Source of the DNA: an uncultured delta proteobacterium
GTDB lineage: Bacteria > Desulfobacterota > Syntrophia > Syntrophales > Smithellaceae
Assembly: GCA_963753975.1 (NCBI GenBank)
Contig: CAVWEH010000005.1
Location: 471,287 to 535,286, forward strand
Direction: 5' to 3'
DNA: 64,000 nucleotides
Under the pieces are notes generated by a model. The model searched no databases, was not told the DNA's origin, and saw nothing but the letters and a program-made list of their open reading frames with translations. The translations under genes were made by a program, and so were the position numbers. This document shows, piece by piece, positions 1-10,752 of the stretch; the stretch's first letter is position 1; the number at the start of each line of letters is the position of its first letter.

Positions 1-1423
1 GCTCATCTTCGGCATTCACTATCTCTTGAATCTGATGCAAAAACCAGGGATCGATTTTGGTAAGCCGCTGTACTTCTTCTATATCCATACTGTTTTGTAA
101 AGCTGCAGCAATGTAAAACAGCCTTAAAGAATTGGGTCTGAGAAGTTTGTTTTTTAGAAATTCGGTTTTATCCTTCAAATCAGCAGGCAGATTCTGATCA
201 AGACTGAAGCGCCCGATTTCCAGGGAACGAATCGCTTTTTGCAGGGATTCTTTGAAAGTGCGGCCGATAGCCATGGTCTCGCCGACGGATTTCATGGAGG
301 TAGTCAAGAAATCGTCCGCTTGAGGAAATTTTTCAAATGTCCAACGGGGAATTTTCACAACACAGTAATCTATCGTCGGCTCAAAAGAAGCCATCGTCTC
401 GCGGGTAATGTCGTTGGGAATTTCGTCCAGCGTGTAGCCGACGGCAAGTTTTGCGGCTATTTTGGCGATAGGAAAGCCCGTGGCTTTCGAAGCGAGCGCC
501 GACGAGCGCGAAACACGGGGATTCATTTCGATGACAACCAATTCACCGGTTTGTGGATGCACTGCAAACTGGACATTGGACCCGCCTGTTTCTACGCCTA
601 TTTCCCGCATAATGGCGATGGCGGCGTCCCGCATGATTTGATATTCTTTATCGGTCAGAGTTTGTGCCGGCGCAACGGTAATCGATTCACCGGTATGCAC
701 TCCCATTGAATCGAAATTTTCAATGGAACAAATAATGACGACATTATCGGCTTTGTCGCGCATCACTTCCAGTTCATATTCCTTCCATCCCAAAACCGAT
801 TCTTCAATCATAACTTCGGAAATCATGCTCGCATCCAAGCCGCCTTTGGCTATTTCCATTAACTCCTTGCGGTTATAAGCCACACCGCTGCCGGTTCCGC
901 CCAGTGTAAAGGAAGGCCGTATAATAAGAGGAAATCCAATTTCATCGCCAATTTTTAAAACATCACTGAGGGAGCGGGCAAAACCGCTCTTGGGTACTCG
1001 CAAGCCGATGTGCTCCATCGCATGCCGGAATTTTTCACGATCTTCCGCTTTATGGATAACGTTGAGCGACGCCCCGATCATTTCCACATTGTATTTTTTC
1101 AGCACGCCGGCCTCGGCTACCGCTACGGCTGTGTTCAATCCTGTTTGTCCGCCTAAAGTAGGGAGCAGCGCGTCCGGCCGCTCGCGGGCAATAATCTTTT
1201 CCACCGCTTCGGCTGTAATGGGTTCAATGTAGGTTCTATCAGCCATTTCCGGATCGGTCATGATCGTAGCCGGATTGCTGTTAATTAAAACAACCTTGTA
1301 GCCTTCTTCCCGCAAAGCTTTACAAGCTTGAGTCCCGGAGTAATCAAATTCACAGGCCTGGCTGATGATAATCGGCCCTGAGCCGATGAGGAGAATCTTT
1401 TTTAAATCTGTTCGTTTTGGCAT
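1..1423 (-). CDS. carB: Carbamoyl-phosphate synthase large subunit, N-terminal part. The gene runs off the window start.
   Basis: The reverse-strand translation from the ATG (complement of 1421-1423) reads [68 protein letters not shown], a textbook CarB N-terminus. The + strand ORFs in the track here (239..709, 990..1232) are antisense artefacts. Confidence 0.9.
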   Translation of the reverse strand, partial: MPKRTDLKKILLIGSGPIIISQACEFDYSGTQACKALREEGYKVVLINSNPATIMTDPEMADRTYIEPITAEAVEKIIARERPDALLPTLGGQTGLNTAVAVAEAGVLKKYNVEMIGASLNVIHKAEDREKFRHAMEHIGLRVPKSGFARSLSDVLKIGDEIGFPLIIRPSFTLGGTGSGVAYNRKELMEIAKGGLDASMISEVMIEESVLGWKEYELEVMRDKADNVVIICSIENFDSMGVHTGESITVAPAQTLTDKEYQIMRDAAIAIMREIGVETGGSNVQFAVHPQTGELVVIEMNPRVSRSSALASKATGFPIAKIAAKLAVGYTLDEIPNDITRETMASFEPTIDYCVVKIPRWTFEKFPQADDFLTTSMKSVGETMAIGRTFKESLQKAIRSLEIGRFSLDQNLPADLKDKTEFLKNKLLRPNSLRLFYIAAALQNSMDIEEVQRLTKIDPWFLHQIQEIVNAEDE

Positions 1424-1709
1424 ATGCTATAAATCATCTTACGTTCGGGGGCGAATTTCATTCTGCGATCTTTCTCAAATGTCTTAAAGATCTTTCTTCT
1501 CTTCCAGCCCCTCACCCCGGCGATGTTATGGCGCATAGAGTTGCGAATGGAAGCTTTTCCCAGGGAACCCTATCTGCGCAACGAAACGTCCGCCGGGTCG
1601 TATGTTTGAGCGCCGGAAGCGCGAGTTTGCGAACCGGCAGTGGAGCAAGCAGATACGGGGTCGGAAAAAGATTTTGATCAGCGCTGTGCGCCGGCACATC
1701 GCCTACCTC

Positions 1710-3242
1710 TCATTCCCACTCGATTGTGCTGGGCGGTTTGGAACTGATATCGTAAACAACACGGTTGACACCGCGCACTTCGTTAATAATGCGGTTGGAA
1801 ATACGCGCCAGAAGATCATGCGGCAAATGCGCCCAGTCGGCAGTCATAGCGTCCTCGCTGGTTACGGCGCGGATGGCCAGAATATTTTCGTAAGTACGCT
1901 CATCGCCCATTATCCCCACACTCTTCAGAGGGAGCAGGATGGCAAAAGACTGCCAAAGTTTGTAATAAAGTTTATTCGCGCGGATTTCTTCGAGCAGAAT
2001 CGTATCCGCTTGGCGCAATACGGACAATCTCCGTGTTGTTACCTCACCGATGATGCGAATAGCCAGGCCGGGCCCCGGAAAGGGCTGCCGCCAGACGACA
2101 TCATCGGCAAGACCCAGCTCTTTTCCCAGAAGCCGGACTTCATCTTTGAAAAGATGTTTGAGCGGCTCGATGAGCCGAAGGTTCATTTTTTTCGGCAGGC
2201 CCCCAACGTTATGGTGCGATTTGATGACGGCGCTGGGGCCGCCGAAAGCGGAGCGCGACTCGATTAAATCGGGATAAAGAGTCCCCTGCGCCAGAAATTT
2301 AACATTCTCGATTTTATGCGCTTCTTTGTCAAAAACCTCGATAAAAGTGCGGCCGATAATCTTCCGTTTCTTTTCCGGATCGGTTACCCCCTTCAATCGT
2401 TTAAGAAACAGCTTCCCGGAACGGGCAAAGCGCAAATTTATGCGTAAATACTTTTTTTTAAACATTTCTATTACACGTCCGGCTTCTCCTTCGCGCAAAA
2501 CGCCGTTATCGACAAAAACGCAGGTTAAGTTTTCCCCTATGGCTCTGTGCAGCAAAACGGCGGCCACGGAAGAATCAACGCCACCGGAAAGGCCCAGGAT
2601 TACTTTTTCCGAGCCAACCTGATTTTTAATATCCTCAATTGCGCGTTCAGCAAATGATTTCATCGACCAGGTTTTTTTACAGCCGCAGATGTTGAATAAA
2701 AAGTTCGCCAATATTTTTTTGCCCGCGTGGGTATGGACAACTTCCGGATGGAATTGCAGACCATAAAAGCGGTTTTGGGAGTCTTCCGCCGCCGCGATAG
2801 GCGCATTTTCCGTGGAGGCGGTAACGACGAATCCGGCCGGCAGCCGGCCGATCTTGTCGCCATGGCTCATCCAGCATTGAGTTTTATCCTCGACGCCTTT
2901 AAGAATTCCCTGCTTCTTTGTTATCAAAAGTTCGGCAAAACCGTACTCCCGCTTTGCGGCACGCTCCACTTTCCCGCCTAAAGCGTCAACCATGTATTGA
3001 AGGCCGTAACAAATGCCCAGCACCGGAATGCCAAGTTTGAAAATGCCGGTGTCCACGCGCGGTGCGCCTTTACTGTAGATGCTTGCGGGACCGCCCGAAA
3101 GAATTATTCCTTCCGGGTTTATGGCTTTGATTGCGGAAAGCGAAATACCAGGCGGCTCGATTTGACAATATACATGATTATCCCGCACGCGGCGGGCAAT
3201 CAGCTGATTATACTGCGAGCCGAAATCGATTATTAAGATCAT
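1710..3242 (-). CDS. guaA: GMP synthase (glutamine-hydrolysing)
   Basis: The 510 aa product has an N-terminal class I glutamine amidotransferase with GICYGLQ, an ATP-PPase SGGVDSS motif and a GMP synthase C-terminal domain. Its start overlaps the carA stop by 4 nt. Confidence 0.95.
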   Translation of the reverse strand: MILIIDFGSQYNQLIARRVRDNHVYCQIEPPGISLSAIKAINPEGIILSGGPASIYSKGAPRVDTGIFKLGIPVLGICYGLQYMVDALGGKVERAAKREYGFAELLITKKQGILKGVEDKTQCWMSHGDKIGRLPAGFVVTASTENAPIAAAEDSQNRFYGLQFHPEVVHTHAGKKILANFLFNICGCKKTWSMKSFAERAIEDIKNQVGSEKVILGLSGGVDSSVAAVLLHRAIGENLTCVFVDNGVLREGEAGRVIEMFKKKYLRINLRFARSGKLFLKRLKGVTDPEKKRKIIGRTFIEVFDKEAHKIENVKFLAQGTLYPDLIESRSAFGGPSAVIKSHHNVGGLPKKMNLRLIEPLKHLFKDEVRLLGKELGLADDVVWRQPFPGPGLAIRIIGEVTTRRLSVLRQADTILLEEIRANKLYYKLWQSFAILLPLKSVGIMGDERTYENILAIRAVTSEDAMTADWAHLPHDLLARISNRIINEVRGVNRVVYDISSKPPSTIEWE

Positions 3243-4381
3243 GCGGCTTTCCGCCTTTCTTCCCGCAGCATCCGGATAAACTCCTCAAATAAATAATCCG
3301 TATCATGCGGCCCGGGCGACGCTTCCGGATGGTATTGTACGCTCATCGTCAAAGGCATCTTCATACCTTCGGAGGTTGCATCGTTTAAGTTGCCAAAGGT
3401 TTCTTTCGCTTTATTTTTTACCGATTCGGGCACAACAACGAAGCCATGATTCTGGGAAGTGATTTCAATCCGTCCGGTATCTATATTTTTTACCGGCTGA
3501 TTGATGCCGTGATGGCCGAATTTCAACTTACAGGTATAACCGCCGATTGCCTGGCCGATTATTTGATGTCCCAAACAAATGCCGAATATGGGAAGCTTCC
3601 CGACCAGTGCGCGGGATGTCTCCACAATATAAGGCAGGGCCGCCGGATCGCCGGGACCGTTGGAAAGCAAAACTCCATCAGGCTGATAGGAAAGAACCTG
3701 CTTAGCCGAATAAAATGCCGGTACAACAATGACTTGGCAACTCTTGTTTTCTAAAAGCCGTAAAATATTGTATTTAACGCCGCAATCGAGCACAACAACC
3801 CGCAATTTTTTGCCGGGCTTGGTAACGGGAATTTTACCTGTAAAGGCTTTGCCTTTCCTCCATAGATAGGGTTTGGTGCAGCTTACTTCGCGAACTAAAT
3901 CACGTCCGACAAGTCCGGGATATGCCTTCACTCGCTGAAGAAGCAATTCAATATCTTTTGTTTTTGTGGAAATGATGCCTTTCATCGCGCCGGAAAGACG
4001 CAGGCGACGGGTCAGGGCACGGGTATCGATTCCCTCCAGGCCGATTTTCCCGTGTTGTTCCAGAAAAGATTTCAAGCTTTGACGCATCCGCCAATTGCTA
4101 GGATTAGACTGGTATTCTTTAACGATGAATCCTTCCAGATGAATTCCAGACGATTCCATGTCCTCTTCATTAATGCCGTAATTGCCGACCAGAGGATAGG
4201 TCATTGTCACAATCTGCCCTTTATATGAAGGATCGGTAATGACTTCCTGATAGCCGGTCATACCCGTATTAAAAACGACCTCGCCCATGGTTTCGCCGCT
4301 TCCCGTGAAGGCGAAACCTTCAAAAACACCGCCGTCTTCCAAAACCAGCAAAGCTTTAGGCTCTCTATTTAACAGGGGCAT
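3239..4381 (-). CDS. carA: Carbamoyl-phosphate synthase small subunit (glutaminase)
   Basis: The 380 aa product starts [20 protein letters not shown] and has the GICLGHQ amidotransferase motif with full-length CarA architecture. Confidence 0.95.
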   Translation of the reverse strand: MPLLNREPKALLVLEDGGVFEGFAFTGSGETMGEVVFNTGMTGYQEVITDPSYKGQIVTMTYPLVGNYGINEEDMESSGIHLEGFIVKEYQSNPSNWRMRQSLKSFLEQHGKIGLEGIDTRALTRRLRLSGAMKGIISTKTKDIELLLQRVKAYPGLVGRDLVREVSCTKPYLWRKGKAFTGKIPVTKPGKKLRVVVLDCGVKYNILRLLENKSCQVIVVPAFYSAKQVLSYQPDGVLLSNGPGDPAALPYIVETSRALVGKLPIFGICLGHQIIGQAIGGYTCKLKFGHHGINQPVKNIDTGRIEITSQNHGFVVVPESVKNKAKETFGNLNDATSEGMKMPLTMSVQYHPEASPGPHDTDYLFEEFIRMLREERRKAA

Positions 4382-4557
4382 TTTTTTGCTTTACCTCCGG
4401 ACAAAAACATCCTTCAGTGTTTCATCAACCGTTAAAGATTTTATGAGACCGAAAGGGGGTAGATCATTGGTTGCTGATAACAAGCAGTTCCCTTTCTTAT
4501 ACTTTACAGGCGGGAGGGTTCTAACTTTTTTTTCCGGCTACGTCAATCATTAAAGAT

Positions 4558-4585
4558 GTAGGGAACGGCCGCTACCGTTCCCTAC
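4558..4585 (-). terminator. GC-rich hairpin just downstream of the glnN stop; a possible intrinsic terminator.
   Basis: GTAGGGAACGG-ccgcta-CCGTTCCCTAC forms an 11 bp perfect stem. On the minus strand it is followed by AUCUUUAAUGAUU, which is only a weak U tract. Confidence 0.35.
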
Positions 4586-4598
4586 CCACTTGTATCAT

Positions 4599-6770
4599 CT
4601 AACTAATAAAAAGCATTTCCCAAAACTTAGGCAGCGGCCACAATTCATCATCCACCAAAACTTCAAGTTCATCGACGTATTCGCGAAGTCCATCCATTTT
4701 TGTTTTTACTTTGGCGCAAAGCATATCGGCTTTTTTTGCCTCGTCATGAATTGCAGATGCCGCTTCGACTTTGGAAAGAATTTCTTTATTAGTCGAATAG
4801 ATTTTATTAATCAATCCTACAATCTTTTTTAAAATTTCTATCTCTGCGGAGAGAGCAACCGATTTGCCCAGCGCGTCTTTTGTCGCATTCATGGCTTTGG
4901 CAAGTATTTTCTGATATGCGGACGCGGCCGGAATTACCTGGCTCATGCAGATATTATTGAGGCATTTGACTTCTATCTCCAGATCTTTAATGTATTTCTC
5001 TATGTAGATCAAATATCTGGATTTGAGCTCGACTTTCGAAAGAACTTTATATTTTTCAAAGAGGTTCAGTGCCTTATCAGTAATCAGAGCTTTGAGCGCA
5101 ACGGGTGAAGTTTTATAATTCGGCAGCCCTCGTTTACCTGCTTCCGCTTCCCATTCTTTGGTATAGTTGTCGCCATTGAATAATACGGGCTTTATATCTT
5201 TGATCTCAGTTTTCAAAACCTCAAAGACGGCCTGATTAATATTTTTGACGTCTTTTGCTTTAATCTTTTCGGCCAGATAATCGAGACTTTCAGCAACGAT
5301 AGTATTGAGTACTGTCGCGGGAAAAGAAATTGACTGCGATGAGCCGACAGCTCGGAACTCAAACTTATTGCCGGTAAACGCAAACGGCGACGTTCTGTTG
5401 CGATCAGTATTATCTTTGCTTACCAGCGGTAGTGAGGAAATCCCCAGATCGATAATTTCGGCGTTCGTGGCCTCGGTCACTATTCCTTTTTCAATGTTGG
5501 TCAGAATATTAGTGAGTTGATCGCCGAGAAATACGGAGATAATGGCAGGCGGCGCTTCGTTGGCGCCGAGCCGATGATCATTGGCATAAGTAGCAACTGA
5601 TGCCCGGAGGATATCAGCATTCTTATAGACGGCACGAACAGCGGCAATTAGAAAAACGAGAAATGCGATGTTATCATGAGGAGTTTTTCCGGGATTTAAT
5701 AGATTGTTCCCGTTGTTGTCGGAAAGTGACCAATTAACATGCTTCCCTGATCCATTTATTTTCGCGAAAGGCTTTTCGTGGAGTAAACACGCAAGGTTAT
5801 GTTTTTTCGCCACCGACTTCATTGTGTCCATAACGATTTGGTTATGATCGACTGCCAGGTTTGCTTCCTCAAATACGGGAGCAATTTCGAACTGGGAAGG
5901 TGCTACTTCATTGTGCCTGGTTTTGGCCGGAACGCCGAGTTTAAAGAGTTCCTCTTCCACATCGTGCATATACGAAGACATTCTTTCCTTGATGCTGCCG
6001 AAATATTGGTCTTCCAACTCCTGACCTTTAGCCGGAGGCGCTCCGACAATAGTTCGGCCGCCGAGCACGAGATCCTGGCGTTTGAAAAAATAATCCATAT
6101 CAATCAAAAAATATTCTTGTTCCGGACCCAAAGTAGCGTAAACCCTTTTAATATTTTTGTTGCCTAGGAGCTTCAGCATATTCAATGCGCTGATGTTGAC
6201 CGCTCTATTCGATCTTAGTAGCGGTGTCTTCTTGTCCAGAGCCTCGCCCGTATAAGAAATAAAAGCGGTCGGAATGCACAGAGTTGTCGAAATGCCGTTT
6301 CTTCGAATAAAAGCGGGTGAAGACATGTCCCAGGCGGTGTAACCTCTCGCTTCAAATGTCGCCCGAATGCCGCCGGACGGGAAACTGGATGCATCAGGCT
6401 CACCTTGAACAAGCTGTTTACCGGAGAACCTCTCCACAACATCGCCGATTCCGGACGGATCGGCAAAGGCGTCGTGCTTCTCGGCTGTAATACCGGTCAT
6501 CGGCTGGAACCAGTGAGCAAAATGAGTGGCTCCTTTTTCCAATGCCCATTCCTTCATGGCATGAGCAACGATATCCGCCGTCTCCAGATCCAAAATCTTG
6601 TCTTCATTGATCGCGTCCATTAGTTTTTTATATGCACTTTTCGGCAACTTCTCTTTCATTACCTTATAACTGAAAGTATCTTCGCCGTAGTATTCAGATA
6701 CGGGAACGAATTTCTCTTTCTCGATTGAGTAGCTTCTTTCCGACGCGATCATTAGTCTTGTTTTTTTCAT
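4599..6770 (-). CDS. glnN: Glutamine synthetase type III
   Basis: The 723 aa product has the size and conserved blocks of GSIII (GlnN), for example [11 protein letters not shown]. Confidence 0.9.
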   Translation of the reverse strand: MKKTRLMIASERSYSIEKEKFVPVSEYYGEDTFSYKVMKEKLPKSAYKKLMDAINEDKILDLETADIVAHAMKEWALEKGATHFAHWFQPMTGITAEKHDAFADPSGIGDVVERFSGKQLVQGEPDASSFPSGGIRATFEARGYTAWDMSSPAFIRRNGISTTLCIPTAFISYTGEALDKKTPLLRSNRAVNISALNMLKLLGNKNIKRVYATLGPEQEYFLIDMDYFFKRQDLVLGGRTIVGAPPAKGQELEDQYFGSIKERMSSYMHDVEEELFKLGVPAKTRHNEVAPSQFEIAPVFEEANLAVDHNQIVMDTMKSVAKKHNLACLLHEKPFAKINGSGKHVNWSLSDNNGNNLLNPGKTPHDNIAFLVFLIAAVRAVYKNADILRASVATYANDHRLGANEAPPAIISVFLGDQLTNILTNIEKGIVTEATNAEIIDLGISSLPLVSKDNTDRNRTSPFAFTGNKFEFRAVGSSQSISFPATVLNTIVAESLDYLAEKIKAKDVKNINQAVFEVLKTEIKDIKPVLFNGDNYTKEWEAEAGKRGLPNYKTSPVALKALITDKALNLFEKYKVLSKVELKSRYLIYIEKYIKDLEIEVKCLNNICMSQVIPAASAYQKILAKAMNATKDALGKSVALSAEIEILKKIVGLINKIYSTNKEILSKVEAASAIHDEAKKADMLCAKVKTKMDGLREYVDELEVLVDDELWPLPKFWEMLFIS

Positions 6771-6933
6771 AATTTCTCCATTAATTTACTATAGTATTTT
6801 ATAATTTATTCCATCTATCAGGGCTCGGCGGCACCAAAAGTATCCCGAGCCTAAGTCAGTGAGATAGTGCGAAAAACATGCCGTGTAAAGCGATCGTATT
6901 TATATCTCAGATCAATTTGCATTCGTCAGCCCA

Positions 6934-7011
6934 CCTTTGTTGAATATTGATAACATCCCGATACGTAGAGATATTCAATTAGTATGCGCACCTGCCCATA
7001 GTCAACAAAGG
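6934..7011. promoter_or_regulatory. Nested inverted repeats in the glnN upstream region; a candidate operator or enhancer site.
   Basis: CCTTTGTTGA (6934-6943) and its exact reverse complement TCAACAAAGG (7002-7011) form one pair. Inside them, TTGAATAT and ATATTCAA form a second pair. Confidence 0.25.
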
Positions 7012-7253
7012 CCTTGAATCTTTAGTACCCGATGGATAAAATAAGATAATCAATAAAAAACAATTGATATTGATCGATCTTTACTATAAGTAAGACAAAC
7101 TTTAACTTACTATAGCGAACAATATTGTGTTATCAATAGCGGAAAAAAAACATTATTGCAACAATTTATTCGGCGACTTTCTCTTGATTTGTCTTCCCGA
7201 ACTTAATTGAATCAATATGAAGTTTTTTTGTATCTTAGATGAATTATTTTTGT

Positions 7254-7269
7254 TGTTCTATGGTTGACA
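7254..7269 (+). promoter_or_regulatory. TGT-N10-ACA element (NifA-type UAS consensus) 88 nt upstream of the sigma-54 -24 box.
   Basis: TGTtctatggttgACA. The spacing to the promoter is typical for an enhancer-binding protein site, but a chance match is not excluded. Confidence 0.25.
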
Positions 7270-7341
7270 TATTTAAACATTTCTCGGTTTCTATTGAATA
7301 TGGAATCCATTTCGAGGTTATTGTTTATTCACAATTTTTGT

Positions 7342-7357
7342 TGGCACTTATATTGCT
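7342..7357 (+). promoter_or_regulatory. Sigma-54 (RpoN) -24/-12 promoter for the 7447-14926 operon
   Basis: TGGCAC-ttata-TTGCT matches TGGCAC-N5-TTGCW exactly. It lies about 90 nt upstream of the first ATG. Confidence 0.7.
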
Positions 7358-7446
7358 ATATAACCCTCGCTACAATATATATTTTCCCCGTTGCATCACG
7401 AGTAACGAGGTCTAAATATTATAGTTACGGAAGAGATATATAAGGT

Positions 7447-9297
7447 ATGAAAATAGCAGAGGAATTCAAGAAATATGCGCGTGATATAAAAATTATCGAT
7501 AAGGACGAAGAAAGAGAAATGTATAGTCATGATATCGGCGATGTTCCCGCGATTATGACTAAAACTTTTTTTGAAATTCAACCCGATTTTGTAGTACAGC
7601 CGAAGAATGTTGAAGAAATAAAGAAAATCCTGGACTTTGCCAACGATAAAAAGATGCCGGTTATACCGAGAGGCGCTGCATCATGGGGTTTCGGCGGGGT
7701 TATTCCCACAAAAGCGGGAATTGTAATTGATTTATCGCCATTCCGAAAAATTCTCCATCTCGACAAACCACAAAAGACCATAACCGTTGAAGCGGGGGCT
7801 AGATGGAGCGATATTGATATTATGGCCAAAAAGGAAGGTCTATGTCTGATGACCTATCCGTCAAGTAAGTTTTCCACTGTTGCTGGCTGGATTGCCACGG
7901 GAGGCTACGGCATCAACAGTTTTCGGTATGGCCACCTGTCCAGTCAGATTGTGTCAATGACAGTCATAATGCCATCCGGTGAATCTAAAAAAATTACCCC
8001 GAGCGATCCTGATTTCACATACTTTGTTTCCACAGAAGGTGTGTTTGGCATTATTGTAGAAGTGAAGCTTAAACTGAGGGATGTTCCCGAGGCCTCTTAT
8101 CCCCATCTATTTTATTTTGAAAGCGACAAAGCTGCTTTTGCTTTTATCGAAAACTTTTTAAGAACCAGGGCGGCGGAGCAATTTAACCCTAATGTAATTC
8201 GCTTTCTTGATGAGAATCACTTAAATGACATAAATGAAATCATGCACTCGAAAGTATTTGAAAAGAAAGCCGGCGTCCTGGTGGAATTAAGTAATTCCAA
8301 AGATGATAGGAAATTTTCAGAGTTTATTGATAAAGCCGGCAGTATTGAAGAAGCACCTCGCTATGTCGCGAGTTATCTGTGGAATGAACGTCTCTTCGGT
8401 ATGAAAACAAAGCGCCTGGGACCGACAATTCTTGCCAGTGAAACTATTATTCCGATTACTTCGGCCGCAGCTTTTATTGAAAAAGCAAAAAGACTGGGTG
8501 TCCGCTTCGGCGTGGAAATATTCATCGATTCTTACATCATCAATGAAAAAATGGCTCTCATCATGACCAATTTTCTTTGTGACTCAAGGAAGCTGAAATA
8601 TTATATTAATTTACCTCTGGCAATGATGCTCACGCAAACAAGTGTTTCTATCGGGGCTGAACCATACGGATTGGGGATCTGGAATGCGCCCTTTATCAAT
8701 TACCTGTACAACAGCGATAGGAAGAATGCTCTGAACGCATACAAAAAGAAGGTTGATCCGAATAATATCATGAATCCGGGTAAATTTTTCAACGTCCAAT
8801 CAAAATGGCTGAATATTCCGGCACTTGTCTTTCGTCCAGGCATTTTTGGCTTTTTCATAAAACTAATGATCTTTCTGTCGCCTGTTATCGGGAAAATTGT
8901 GATACTGCTTCTGGGTAAGCATAAAAAGCTTGATAGCCTCGATTTTGAACTGACTACCCACGCCTGTGCCAAGTGCGGAAACTGCCTTGCCGTATGCCCC
9001 GCATACCTTGTTACCAACAATGAAGAAATGACTGCCAAGGGAAAGATTGCTCTAGCTAAAAAGTTAATTGATGGTAAGAAAGTAACAAAAGAAGAAGCGG
9101 AAAATGTATTTATGTGCATGCATTGCAAGGCCTGCGAAGAAATATGTCAAACTAATCTTGAACTGATGATGCTCTGGGATGCACTGGAAAAAAGGATCGA
9201 AGGAAAATTCGGCCGCCCCGAAGGTAAAATTGATGAATTTCTTAAAGAGGTTGACGCTAACAAGGATTACTGGGAAATGGTGGAACGAAATAACTAA
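7447..9297 (+). CDS. FAD-linked oxidase (GlcD/D-lactate dehydrogenase-like) fused to a C-terminal 2x[4Fe-4S] ferredoxin domain
   Basis: An FAD_binding_4-type N-terminus (PRGAASWGFGGVIP) is followed by two CxxCxxCxxxCP motifs (CAKCGNCLAVCP, CMHCKACEEIC). Confidence 0.8.
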   Translation: MKIAEEFKKYARDIKIIDKDEEREMYSHDIGDVPAIMTKTFFEIQPDFVVQPKNVEEIKKILDFANDKKMPVIPRGAASWGFGGVIPTKAGIVIDLSPFRKILHLDKPQKTITVEAGARWSDIDIMAKKEGLCLMTYPSSKFSTVAGWIATGGYGINSFRYGHLSSQIVSMTVIMPSGESKKITPSDPDFTYFVSTEGVFGIIVEVKLKLRDVPEASYPHLFYFESDKAAFAFIENFLRTRAAEQFNPNVIRFLDENHLNDINEIMHSKVFEKKAGVLVELSNSKDDRKFSEFIDKAGSIEEAPRYVASYLWNERLFGMKTKRLGPTILASETIIPITSAAAFIEKAKRLGVRFGVEIFIDSYIINEKMALIMTNFLCDSRKLKYYINLPLAMMLTQTSVSIGAEPYGLGIWNAPFINYLYNSDRKNALNAYKKKVDPNNIMNPGKFFNVQSKWLNIPALVFRPGIFGFFIKLMIFLSPVIGKIVILLLGKHKKLDSLDFELTTHACAKCGNCLAVCPAYLVTNNEEMTAKGKIALAKKLIDGKKVTKEEAENVFMCMHCKACEEICQTNLELMMLWDALEKRIEGKFGRPEGKIDEFLKEVDANKDYWEMVERNN

Positions 9298-9342
9298 ATC
9301 ACCCCTTGATAACTTTATTATTTAAATGATGAGTTAAAGACT

Positions 9343-10752
9343 ATGCCCAAGAAATATCATATTCATTCTAAATTAACACCGCTTAATCTGGATTATGTAT
9401 TCAAATTTAAAATTGAGCGAGGGGAAAATTGCATTAATTGCGGTAAGTGTACAAAGGTATGCATTTACGAGGCGCATAAACGACGTAAAGATGATCCACG
9501 AAAAATGGCTGACCCCAACACCGTTGTTTGCCGCAACTGTTTTCGCTGCATTCAGGAATGCCCGAGAGGAGCGTTGGAAAAATCTCTGGACAAGGACTTT
9601 TTGAATATCGGCGGGTCATACTGGAAGTCCGATATGTTTATCACTTTATGGAAGCAGGCAGAGGATGGCAAGGTTCCGGTTACCGGCGCCGGTTACAGAG
9701 GGCCGTTTACAGGGCCGGGGTTCGACGGTATGTGGACTGACATGTCGGAAATTGTCCGGCCGACTCGTGACGGTATTCATGGACGAGAATATATCAATAC
9801 ATCAGTCGAACTAGGTCGAAGACTCAATCACCTGACTTTTGATGAAAGAGGCAAATTATTATCAAAAGTTCATGATACAATCGATATTCCGATTCCCATA
9901 ATCTTTGATCTCCCTTCCAATGATCTGAGTCCTCATGTAAAGAGCGCATTAGTAAAAGCAGCTGCAGAGCTTAACACCTGCATCGTTTTGTCGGCGGGTG
10001 ATATTACGTCCGAACGGAAAAAATACATTAAAAACATCATCCCTTTAATTTCTCATAAAGAAATCGACAAGCATCAGGGACTGATCAAAAATGCAAGAAT
10101 TGTGGCCATTGAGTATAACCATGAACTGCTCAGTGATTTCGCTACACTAAAAGGTAAAATAAAAAAAATAAGTGATGCTCTGACGATCATTCGAATTCCG
10201 GCAGAGAAATCCGTTGAAACCATTATTTCTAAGCTTACGCAAAATGGCGCTGAGATTATTCATGTCGTGGCCGATTACCGCGGTATGGAAATTAACGGTT
10301 CATCTGACTTCGGGCGCCGTCTGATCAAGGACATTATCCGATCCGCTCACCGGAAATTAATTGATGAACGGATTCGTGATGAGGTTACGATTATTGCCTC
10401 CGGTGGTATCGCCATGGCTGAGCATGTGCCCAAAGCAATGATCTGTGGCGCGGATTTAACGGCCATAGATTTGCCCTTGCTTATCGCGCTTGGCGCCCGC
10501 CTATATGAAGAACCGGATAAACTGCTTATTATTCCCGAAGGATTGGAAAAAATTCCTGAAAGGATTCTGACACAGAGAATCATCAACCTTATGGGCGCAT
10601 GGCATTCGCAGCTTCTGGAAGTAATGGGCGCTATGGGTATTCGCGAGGCGCGCCGGCTACGCGGCGAATCCGGAAGAGCAATCTTCTTTGAAGAAGTTGA
10701 CAATGACACCTTTGGAAAATTATTTAAGAAAAGAGAAGAAGCAAGCGTATGA
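9343..10752 (+). CDS. Glutamate synthase large-subunit-like protein: ferredoxin domain plus a divergent FMN-binding GltS domain; a paralog of the next gene.
   Basis: Two N-terminal CxxCxxC..CP clusters are followed by a Glu_synthase-like core (IIASGGIAMAEH...GADL). The canonical DGGxGGTGA motif is degenerate. The stop overlaps the next start (ATGA). Confidence 0.75.
   Translation: MPKKYHIHSKLTPLNLDYVFKFKIERGENCINCGKCTKVCIYEAHKRRKDDPRKMADPNTVVCRNCFRCIQECPRGALEKSLDKDFLNIGGSYWKSDMFITLWKQAEDGKVPVTGAGYRGPFTGPGFDGMWTDMSEIVRPTRDGIHGREYINTSVELGRRLNHLTFDERGKLLSKVHDTIDIPIPIIFDLPSNDLSPHVKSALVKAAAELNTCIVLSAGDITSERKKYIKNIIPLISHKEIDKHQGLIKNARIVAIEYNHELLSDFATLKGKIKKISDALTIIRIPAEKSVETIISKLTQNGAEIIHVVADYRGMEINGSSDFGRRLIKDIIRSAHRKLIDERIRDEVTIIASGGIAMAEHVPKAMICGADLTAIDLPLLIALGARLYEEPDKLLIIPEGLEKIPERILTQRIINLMGAWHSQLLEVMGAMGIREARRLRGESGRAIFFEEVDNDTFGKLFKKREEASV

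Noticed and set aside
239-709. Plus-strand ORFs of 156 aa and others at 990..1232 and 1417..1677
   Set aside because: They lie antisense inside carB. Their translations have no domain-like sequence, while the reverse strand gives a perfect CarB N-terminus.
1602-2267. A 221 aa plus-strand ORF
   Set aside because: It is antisense within guaA and its composition is Arg/Gly-rich junk.
6820-6860. A GGCACC-containing hairpin (GGGCTCGG..CCGAGCC) considered as a sigma-54 promoter for glnN
   Set aside because: There is no TTGC or GC element at the right spacing on either strand. It is only a 7 bp stem with a 16 nt loop.
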